From Candidatus Daviesbacteria bacterium RIFCSPHIGHO2_01_FULL_41_45 (lineage in GTDB: Bacteria; Patescibacteriota; Microgenomatia; Daviesbacterales; UBA10151), in the NCBI GenBank assembly GCA_001776975.1, contig MFCS01000022.1, positions 1 to 52,519 of the forward strand: a stretch of DNA of 52,519 nt. The letters are read 5' to 3'. Under the pieces are notes generated by a model. It ran no database searches and was not told the origin of the DNA. It saw nothing but the letters and a program-made list of their open reading frames with translations. The stretch's first letter is position 1; every line of letters starts with the position of its first letter. Position numbers and translations under genes: made by a program. Shown here piece by piece: positions 37,977 to 45,332 of this stretch.

Positions 37977-38627
37977 CTACTTAGCTTTCCCAGATTCCAC
38001 AATTGAGATTATTGGTTGAGAAATATCTGGTTGTTTGGGCCATCGCTGCATATCGCCGTCATAATCAGAGCCTTTAGGAAATTTATAGGGATCATCGAAA
38101 CCTCTCCTTTTATACCATGAATAAAGAGGTCCCTGGGTTAATTTGCCGCCCTTGTCAACTGGATTTAAGTATATTCTCCAACCATTAAGATCTGCTAAAG
38201 CACAAAGGTTATCCAATAAAAAACTACCTACACCTTCTGCATTGTTATACCCAAATTTTTCTGGCAAATGTGCCGTCTCTGTCTGGATCATATCTACTCT
38301 AATTGCCGGAACATGGTCTGGAGTATCAAGATTATTGATCTCTAATACACCAACTCTTCCATTACCTAATTTATGGCTTTCTAGCCAATGGTCAAAACCT
38401 GGAGCGATTTCTCCTTTTTTCATCATTTCCTCGGCAGCAGATTTTTGATCCTCCCAATTAGGAACACTTACTGACCACTCAAAATCGGCAGGCTTGACTG
38501 GAATATCTCCCTCAAAAATATAAGGTAGGTCTTTTACTGCAACTTCTTGCCTAAAGTGTAGAGGTTTTGGCGCTTCTTTTTCTTGGATAGCAGGGTTACT
38601 CCCGAATTCTTGCGTATCAATTGCCAT
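37977..38627 (-). CDS. GNAT-fold acetyltransferase-like cargo protein
   Basis: EGVGSFLLDNLCALADLNGWRIYL and LYSWYKRRGF resemble GNAT motifs A and B. Confidence 0.6.
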   Translation of the reverse strand: MAIDTQEFGSNPAIQEKEAPKPLHFRQEVAVKDLPYIFEGDIPVKPADFEWSVSVPNWEDQKSAAEEMMKKGEIAPGFDHWLESHKLGNGRVGVLEINNLDTPDHVPAIRVDMIQTETAHLPEKFGYNNAEGVGSFLLDNLCALADLNGWRIYLNPVDKGGKLTQGPLYSWYKRRGFDDPYKFPKGSDYDGDMQRWPKQPDISQPIISIVESGKAK

Positions 38628-38678
38628 AAATGATTTATATCATATTTTAGGTAGTCTTACCCGGAGTTCTTAAGTTAA

Positions 38679-39077
38679 ACAAATTCAGAAATAGTTTATG
38701 CTCAGGTAATTAAAATATATGGACAACAACCAGAACAGGAAAAAAGGTACAGCCCAGCAGAGTGTGTTGCAACTGAAAAGCAGATTATGCAAGGAAATCC
38801 TGACATTACTAAAATCTCTACCAGCTATGTTGAAAGACAGAATTTAACCATGAGGATGAATATGCGAAGGTTTACCAGACTAACAAACGCCTTTTCAAAG
38901 AAAATACAAAACTTAGAACATGCAGTAGCACTCCATTTTATGTATTACAACTTCTGTAGACCACACAAGACTTTAAATCTGAAGAAATCTTTAGGCATAA
39001 CCCCTGCTATGGCCTCAGGGGTAACAAAGAAAAGATGGACAATAGGGGACATTATTTATTTGATTAATTCAAATTGA
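38679..39077 (+). pseudogene. IS1-family DDE transposase, C-terminal fragment
   Basis: YAQVIKIYG...RYSPAEC...ISTSYVERQNLTMRMNMRRFTRLTNAFSKK...YNFCRPH; in-frame TAA at 38676 upstream, N-terminal part missing. Confidence 0.88.
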
Positions 39078-39128
39078 CCCACTACCATAACTTGACACTC
39101 TTAAGTATTATGTATAACAATAAGTCTG

Positions 39129-39410
39129 GTGATAGAGTCTCCTGTTTTTCCTAATCTAGTTCTAGGTGGAAAAAGTGTTTATGCTGCTTTTGGCATACTC
39201 ACTACGTTCGGCAGCGAGCTACAACGCTTCATTATAATCTCACAACAGATTCATCTACTGGAACCAGGGTCTGAAACTGTAAATGCTAGGATAGAGTATC
39301 TTTATGACTACCTAGATCCTCATACAGAAGATGGATTTGAATCTAAGATGATGTCGTGGAGAGAGATATATATAACTCACCAGCTAAGACATGTTTTCCA
39401 GAGACAATAA
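39129..39410 (+). CDS. hypothetical protein
   Basis: 93-aa ORF with TTGACA upstream at 39092; convergent overlap with 39384..39644. Confidence 0.45.
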   Translation: MIESPVFPNLVLGGKSVYAAFGILTTFGSELQRFIIISQQIHLLEPGSETVNARIEYLYDYLDPHTEDGFESKMMSWREIYITHQLRHVFQRQ

Positions 39411-39644
39411 TCGCTCCCTTGCACTTTTCTGAAGTTCTTTTCTTGCTCCTCGAGCTCTCCCCAAAACTTCTGCTATAGCTACGCTCTCATGGATAGCAAC
39501 TCTGGGAAATCTACCATGTTCTCCATTAGGCTGCACCTCTTCCCACCCTAAAAACTCACATCCCCTGGTAATGCCTTCCATGTTGCTTAGGCGTTGCATG
39601 GGATCACCCGTAATTTTCCCTAATTGAGACTCTGTGTTTTCCAT
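39384..39644 (-). CDS. hypothetical protein coupled to rpsJ
   Basis: ATG 2 nt after the rpsJ stop; 86 aa; no motif. Confidence 0.55.
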   Translation of the reverse strand: MENTESQLGKITGDPMQRLSNMEGITRGCEFLGWEEVQPNGEHGRFPRVAIHESVAIAEVLGRARGARKELQKSARERLLSLENMS

Positions 39645-39646
39645 AA

Positions 39647-39955
39647 TTACATCTTTACTTCGATCTCAACTCCAGCTGGTAACTCTAAATGCATCAGTGA
39701 ATCAATGGTCTTGTCCGTTGGTTCAACAATCTCAACTAATCTTTTATGAATTTTTAACTCAAACGCTTCTTGGGAATCTTTATCTGTGAAAGGAGAACGG
39801 GGAACAGTAAATCTAGTAGTTTTTGTAGGAAGAGGTATCGGACCGACAATCTTGGCTCCGGTTCGTAAAGCTGTATCCAAAAGCTGCTCGGTCGTTGAAT
39901 CGAGCACCCGATAGTCATAGCTTTTTAATTTAATTCTAATTCTTCCTTTTGCCAT
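39647..39955 (-). CDS. rpsJ: 30S ribosomal protein uS10
   Basis: IRIKLKSYD, GPIPLPT, HKRLVEI, LPAGVEIE. Confidence 0.98.
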   Translation of the reverse strand: MAKGRIRIKLKSYDYRVLDSTTEQLLDTALRTGAKIVGPIPLPTKTTRFTVPRSPFTDKDSQEAFELKIHKRLVEIVEPTDKTIDSLMHLELPAGVEIEVKM

Positions 39956-40010
39956 CTAATTTTCCTCTTCTCTTGTAAACGTGCAAGCAATTGTACCAGA
40001 TCTCGAGCCT

Positions 40011-40037
40011 AAAAACAAAAAAGGGGCTTTTGGCCCC
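40011..40037 (-). terminator. intrinsic terminator after tuf
   Basis: GGGGC-CAAAA-GCCCC followed by TTTTTTGTTTTT on the minus strand. Confidence 0.75.
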
Positions 40038-40067
40038 AACTAAACCCCATACCCAACCCTTAAAATA

Positions 40068-41246
40068 CTACTTATTAATCTTGGTAATAACTCCCGCTCC
40101 AACTGTTTTACCACCTTCTCTAACCGCAAACCTTAATCCGTCCTCCATAGCCACAGGAGTAATTAACTTAATATTCATCTTGGTTGTATCTCCTGGCATA
40201 GCCATCTCAACGCCTTCTGGTAAAATAACCTCTCCAGTCACATCAGTGGTTCTGATATAAAATTGTGGTCGGTATCCTTTAAAGAAAGGCGTGTGTCTGC
40301 CACCCTCTTCTTTGGAGAGAATGTACACCTCAGCTTCAAACTCAGAGTGAGGGGTGATTGACCCTGGTTTAGCCAAAACTTGACCTCTTTCAACGTCATC
40401 TTTCTCCACACCTCTTAATAAGACTCCAGCATTATCTCCAGCCTGTCCCTCATCCAATAGCTTATGAAACATCTCAATCCCAGTCACAACTGATTTTCTG
40501 GTTGGCTTAATTCCCACAATCTCGATCTCCTCATTAACCTTAACCTTGCCTCGTTCAATCCTACCTGTTACCACGGTTCCCCGTCCTTTAATAGAAAAAA
40601 CGTCCTCCACAGCCATTAAGAACGGTTTATCAATCTCGCGAACCGGATTTGGGATAAATTCATCAACAGCTTTCATTAAATCCTCAATTGATTTAACTGC
40701 TTCCGGGTCACCCTCCAAGGCTTTTCTAGCTGATCCCTTAATAATCGGGGCATTGCGATCAAATTCATATTTGGCTAATAAATCTCGGACCTCTTCTTCA
40801 ACCAGATCTAAGAGCTCAGCATCATCCACCATGTCGGTTTTATTAAGATAAACAACTACAGCTGGTACTCCCACCTGCCTGGCCAGTAATAAATGTTCCC
40901 TGGTTTGAGGCATTGGTCCGTCCGGAGCTGAAACCACCAAGATAGCTCCATCAACCTGAGCTGCTCCAGTAATCATATTTTTGATATAGTCAGCATGCCC
41001 TGGCATGTCGATATGAGCATAGTGACGGTTGTCTGTTTCATATTCTTGATGAGTGATATTAATGGTGATTCCGCGAGCTCTTTCTTCAGGAGCGTTATCA
41101 ATCTGTTCGTAGGATTTATACTCAGCTTGACCCTTACCAGCTAAAACTTTAGTGATAGCTGAGGTTAGGGTGGTCTTGCCATGGTCAACGTGACCCATGG
41201 TACCGATATTTATGTGTGGTTTATTGCGATTAAATGTACCCGCCAT
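40068..41246 (-). CDS. tuf: elongation factor Tu
   Basis: [37 protein letters not shown]. Confidence 0.99.
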   Translation of the reverse strand: MAGTFNRNKPHINIGTMGHVDHGKTTLTSAITKVLAGKGQAEYKSYEQIDNAPEERARGITINITHQEYETDNRHYAHIDMPGHADYIKNMITGAAQVDGAILVVSAPDGPMPQTREHLLLARQVGVPAVVVYLNKTDMVDDAELLDLVEEEVRDLLAKYEFDRNAPIIKGSARKALEGDPEAVKSIEDLMKAVDEFIPNPVREIDKPFLMAVEDVFSIKGRGTVVTGRIERGKVKVNEEIEIVGIKPTRKSVVTGIEMFHKLLDEGQAGDNAGVLLRGVEKDDVERGQVLAKPGSITPHSEFEAEVYILSKEEGGRHTPFFKGYRPQFYIRTTDVTGEVILPEGVEMAMPGDTTKMNIKLITPVAMEDGLRFAVREGGKTVGAGVITKINK

Positions 41247-41297
41247 AATTTTTAGATTTTACAATTAAAACCCAGCTCAATCAAGCTGGTACCTGAA

Positions 41298-41326
41298 AAT
41301 ATACACCAATTACCACTAAATTGCAA
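41298..41326 (-). promoter_or_regulatory. internal promoter for tuf
   Basis: TTGCAA-17-TATATT in the fusA-tuf spacer. Confidence 0.55.
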
Positions 41327-41335
41327 GGGGTTATT

Positions 41336-43486
41336 TCAGGTGGTTTCAACTCGGCCGGTAAATCCAGAGGTTGAGATAATCTTTTGGGAAACGTTAACAG
41401 GCACCTCTTCATAATGATCCGCCTCCATATAATAGGTGGCTCTGCCTTGTGACATAGATCTAATAGCTGTAGCATAACCACCCATCTCAGCCAATGGTAC
41501 CAAGGCTACCACTACCCTAGCATTACCTCTCATCTCAGTAGATGAAATTTGGGCTCTTTTGGAAGAAAGATCAGCAATAATATCTCCCAAAAACTCCTCC
41601 GGAGTAGTCACCTCTACCTTCATAATAGGCTCCAATAATACTAATCCAGCGTTATTGGCTGCATCAGTTAAACCCAATGACCCCGCAATTTTAAAAGACA
41701 TCTCCGATGAATCAACATCGTGGAACGAGCCATCGTAAACTATCACTTTAATATCAGTCACCGGATAGCCGGCGAGAATCCCCGTATCCTCTTTTTCAAT
41801 GACTCCTTTTTCAATTGGCGAGATAAACTCTCTAGGGATTCTCCCTCCCACCACCTCTGAGACAAACTCCCGACCACTACCTCGAGGAAGTGGCTCAATT
41901 TTTAATAAACAGTGACCATATTGACCCCGACCTCCGGTCTGCCTGATATATTTACCCTCACCTTTGGCCGGACGGGTAATAGTTTCTTTATAAGCTACCT
42001 GGGGTTCACCAACATTAGCCTCAACCTTAAACTCCCGTTTCATCCGGTCTACTAACACCTCCAGTTGCAACTCACCCATGCCAGCGATAATAGTTTGACC
42101 GGTATCAACATCTGTTTTAACCCTAAAGGTTGGGTCTTCTTCAGAGAGCCTAGAGAGAGCCAGCCCTAATTTTTCCTGATCAGATTTGGTTTTTGGCTCA
42201 ATGGCCAAAGAGATAACCGGCTCAGGAAAAGAGATAGATTCTAATATAATCGGGGCGTTCTCATCACAAAGAGTGTTCCCAGTGATAGTCTCTTTTAAAC
42301 CCACAGCCGCCACAATCTCTCCGGAAAAAGCCTCATCAATCTCCTCTCTTTCATTCGCATGCATCAAAAGTAGCCTACCAACTCTCTCTCTGGTATTTTT
42401 GGTAATGTTGTAAACGTAAGACCCACTCTTTAAAGTTCCCGAATAAATTCTAATGTAGGTTAATTTTCCAACATGTGGATCAACTTGAATCTTAAAAGCT
42501 AAAGCAGATAACGGATCACTGGGGATTAACTTCCTAGCTTCTTGTTCTCCACTTTTGGGGTTCTCGCCAATAATCTCCTTAATATCTGAAGGGGAGGGTA
42601 GATACTCCACCACAGCATCTAACATCATCTGTACTCCTTTGTTTCTGAGAGATGACCCTGCCAAAACCGGCACGATCTTGCTTTCAATAACTGCCTGCCT
42701 GAGGGCCTTTTTTAACTCCTCCACACTAATATTTTCACCATTTAAATACTTCTCCATTAGCTGATCATCCGTCCCGGCGATCTCTTCAACCAATTTTTCT
42801 CTATGCTCTTTTACGGCATCAACCATCTCGGGTGGCATATCAACCTCATGGAATTTGGCACCCGTTTCATCCCCCTCCCAAACAATAGCCTTCTCTGTAA
42901 GCAAATCCACCACGCCCTTAAAATCGTTTTCACTACCGATCGGTAAATTATATGGTAGGGCATTAGCTCCTAGTCTATCCCGAGCAGACTGGATCGTTCC
43001 CAAAAAGTTAGCTCCCACTACATCCATCTTGTTGGAAAAAGCTACCAAAGGCACTTTGTATTTATTAGCCTGACGCCACACAGTCTCGGTTTGAGATTGG
43101 ACTCCAGAAGCAGAGTCCAAAACAATTACTCCACCATCCAAAACTCTCAGTGACCGCTCTACCTCAGCAGTAAAATCGACATGACCGGGGGTATCAATTA
43201 AATTGATCCTAGTATCCAAATCTTTAAATAAACCACCGTCGGGCTTGACTGTCCAAAAAGTAGTGATGGCAGCCGAGACAATAGTAATACCCCGCTCTTT
43301 CTCCTGTTCCATCCAATCCGTAGTGGTAGTACCCTCATCAATGTCCCCAATTTTATAAGTTACCCCGGTGTAAAAGAGGATCCGCTCAGTGGTAGTAGTT
43401 TTTCCAGCATCAATGTGGGCAATTATGCCAATATTTCTAATCCTGTCTAAGGGAAAATCCCGTTTGGTTTTGATGATAGCAGCCAT
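41336..43486 (-). CDS. fusA: elongation factor G
   Basis: [41 protein letters not shown]. Confidence 0.99.
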   Translation of the reverse strand: MAAIIKTKRDFPLDRIRNIGIIAHIDAGKTTTTERILFYTGVTYKIGDIDEGTTTTDWMEQEKERGITIVSAAITTFWTVKPDGGLFKDLDTRINLIDTPGHVDFTAEVERSLRVLDGGVIVLDSASGVQSQTETVWRQANKYKVPLVAFSNKMDVVGANFLGTIQSARDRLGANALPYNLPIGSENDFKGVVDLLTEKAIVWEGDETGAKFHEVDMPPEMVDAVKEHREKLVEEIAGTDDQLMEKYLNGENISVEELKKALRQAVIESKIVPVLAGSSLRNKGVQMMLDAVVEYLPSPSDIKEIIGENPKSGEQEARKLIPSDPLSALAFKIQVDPHVGKLTYIRIYSGTLKSGSYVYNITKNTRERVGRLLLMHANEREEIDEAFSGEIVAAVGLKETITGNTLCDENAPIILESISFPEPVISLAIEPKTKSDQEKLGLALSRLSEEDPTFRVKTDVDTGQTIIAGMGELQLEVLVDRMKREFKVEANVGEPQVAYKETITRPAKGEGKYIRQTGGRGQYGHCLLKIEPLPRGSGREFVSEVVGGRIPREFISPIEKGVIEKEDTGILAGYPVTDIKVIVYDGSFHDVDSSEMSFKIAGSLGLTDAANNAGLVLLEPIMKVEVTTPEEFLGDIIADLSSKRAQISSTEMRGNARVVVALVPLAEMGGYATAIRSMSQGRATYYMEADHYEEVPVNVSQKIISTSGFTGRVETT

Positions 43487-43494
43487 AATTTTAG

Positions 43495-43728
43495 TTACTT
43501 ATCCTCTTTGATGTTATTTTCAATATTAGCAATAATTTTTTCCGTCTCGTTAATCCTAGCTCGATAGGTATCAGCATCCTCAGACAACATCTGGAAAGCA
43601 GCGTTCTCCCGCAGATCTCCCATCTGCATGGCTTCACCTCTTTTTTGCATGACAACTCCGTACTCTACTTTTACCTTTTCGAGCTTATCCTGCCACATTT
43701 TTAGTTTTTGTTCGTTTATAGTACTCAT
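43495..43728 (-). CDS. Gre factor N-terminal coiled-coil-only protein (mini-GreA)
   Basis: [19 protein letters not shown], 77 aa; no C-terminal FKBP-like domain. Confidence 0.8.
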   Translation of the reverse strand: MSTINEQKLKMWQDKLEKVKVEYGVVMQKRGEAMQMGDLRENAAFQMLSEDADTYRARINETEKIIANIENNIKEDK

Positions 43729-43750
43729 ACTTTTAACTCGTTAAAATTAC

Positions 43751-43779
43751 AGAAAAAAAGAAGCCCCTCAGGGAGGCTT
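43751..43779 (-). terminator. intrinsic terminator-like hairpin upstream of mini-greA/fusA
   Basis: AAGCCTC-CCTGA-GGGGCTT-CTTTTTTT on the minus strand. Confidence 0.7.
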
Positions 43780-43787
43780 ACCTGCTA

Positions 43788-43816
43788 ATACTAGTCTACT
43801 CCTACCTGAAAGTCAA
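43788..43816 (-). promoter_or_regulatory. promoter upstream of mini-greA-fusA
   Basis: TTGACT-17-TAGTAT. Confidence 0.55.
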
Positions 43817-43824
43817 ATTAATAC

Positions 43825-44328
43825 TTAGGTTATAGAACGTAGGTGGCTGATAGGGTTTCTTCCACCATTAACATGAAATCTATTTTGTCCCTTTGGTAAT
43901 CGACCCCTAGCATAATCAGCCCAACTTTTAATAACTGGAGCTTTTTCTATCGGAGCTCTTAATAAACCCTCAGCAAACAACTGACCTCTTATTTGCGCTG
44001 CAATATCAGTAGCCACAACCATCTGGTCAACAGCTAATCTGCCATAGGCATCATGAATAGCTATCGCTATCTCCATTGCATGATCTACATCACTTACTGG
44101 AATTCCCTTTTTAATAGCTTGAGACTCTGCCAAGCTTCTAATTATTGACAGCCTGGAAACCCCTACTATTGGATCAGCGTCAGGAACCGACATCAGTGGG
44201 ATTATCCCTTCAGTCATCCCTGTTTCTGCAGTATCTAATAACACCCGTCGAATAATCTCTGCATTTCTTTGACCAAACGAAATTATCCTCTCACGTCTTG
44301 TGGGTATAAAATATGCAGGTCGTTCCAT
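43825..44328 (-). CDS. hypothetical protein inserted after rpsG
   Basis: 167 aa from ATG 44328 (MERPAYF...); the track start at 44445 overlaps rpsG. Confidence 0.6.
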   Translation of the reverse strand: MERPAYFIPTRRERIISFGQRNAEIIRRVLLDTAETGMTEGIIPLMSVPDADPIVGVSRLSIIRSLAESQAIKKGIPVSDVDHAMEIAIAIHDAYGRLAVDQMVVATDIAAQIRGQLFAEGLLRAPIEKAPVIKSWADYARGRLPKGQNRFHVNGGRNPISHLRSIT

Positions 44329-44350
44329 AAGTTTTTTGTAAAGAAAGTTT

Positions 44351-44827
44351 CTAAAATCTAAAGTGAGCGAAGGCCTTATTAGCTTCAGCAGCTCGCATTG
44401 AGTTATCTTTCTTGGCAACTGCTGCACCTTTATTGTCTGCTGCATCCAAAAATTCTTGGGCTAATTTATCAGCAAAGGTGTGAAATTGATTGTTTGATCT
44501 GGCCCTAGCTGCCTCAATCAGCCATCTGATAGCTAAGGCCTCCCGCCTATCACCTCTTACCTCCACTGGAATTTGGTAAGACGCTCCGCCAATTCTTCTT
44601 GGTTTAACCTCCATTTTAGGAACAACATTGGCGATAGCTGTTTCAAAAACCCGTAAGGGATCCTGTCCTGTCTTTTCAATAATCTCAAACCCTTTATACA
44701 TTAACCCTAAAGCCACACTTTTTTTGCCATCCATCATCATCCGGTTAACAAATCTGGTTACCAAACGGGATCCATAAATTGGGTCAGGGGTTAATATTCT
44801 TCTGATAACTTTTCCACTTCTTGGCAT
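44351..44827 (-). CDS. rpsG: 30S ribosomal protein uS7
   Basis: DGKKS, RRIGGASYQIP, AEANKAFAH. Confidence 0.98.
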   Translation of the reverse strand: MPRSGKVIRRILTPDPIYGSRLVTRFVNRMMMDGKKSVALGLMYKGFEIIEKTGQDPLRVFETAIANVVPKMEVKPRRIGGASYQIPVEVRGDRREALAIRWLIEAARARSNNQFHTFADKLAQEFLDAADNKGAAVAKKDNSMRAAEANKAFAHFRF

Positions 44828-44835
44828 ATAATTCC

Positions 44836-45264
44836 TTAAGCTGCTGCCCTTGCTGGACCACTATTTTTGGTTCCATATTTACTTCTCGAGGTTCTCCTAC
44901 CCACCACCCCAGACATATCTAATTTACCCCTGATAATGTGATACTTTACACCTGGTAAATCTTTAACTCTACCACCTCTCACCATCACAATAGCATGCTC
45001 CGCTAGATCGTGACCAATTCCTTGGATATAGGCTGTGATCTCGGTTTTATTGGACAACCTTACCCGAGCCACTTTTCTTAAAGCTGAATTTGGTTTTTTG
45101 GGGGTCATAGTTTTAACTAACACCACTACCCCCCGTTTTTGCGGGTTAAAGGTCTGAATATATTTTCTATCCTTAGCATTAAAGGTTCTCCTCAAAGCAG
45201 TAGCCTTAATTTTTCTGCTACTTCTACCTCTCCCTTTTCGTACAAGTTGATTAATAGTTGGCAT
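44836..45264 (-). CDS. rpsL: 30S ribosomal protein uS12
   Basis: [30 protein letters not shown]. Confidence 0.99.
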   Translation of the reverse strand: MPTINQLVRKGRGRSSRKIKATALRRTFNAKDRKYIQTFNPQKRGVVVLVKTMTPKKPNSALRKVARVRLSNKTEITAYIQGIGHDLAEHAIVMVRGGRVKDLPGVKYHIIRGKLDMSGVVGRRTSRSKYGTKNSGPARAAA

Positions 45265-45332
45265 ATATATTTATTCCTGACAACTTCAAGCTTTGCTTAC
45301 TCGAAGAGAAGCTGTGCTTATAGTTGGCATAG

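Larger units (their letters stand above)
35461..39086. mobile_element. IS1-family-derived non-autonomous cargo-carrying element (3626 bp)
   Basis: Perfect 19-bp TIRs GGTAGTGGGTCAATTTGAA (35461-35479 / 39068-39086); 8-bp direct repeat ATAACTTG at 35453-35460 and 39087-39094; transposase C-terminus runs into the right TIR. Confidence 0.92.

Noticed and set aside
38650-38661. GGTAGT near the transposase truncation as an internal TIR
   Set aside because: Only 6 nt match the TIR; expected by chance
45271-45330. Read-through of the MPTI uORF into rpsL
   Set aside because: Two in-frame stops (TGA at 45286-45288, TAA at 45271-45273) intervene
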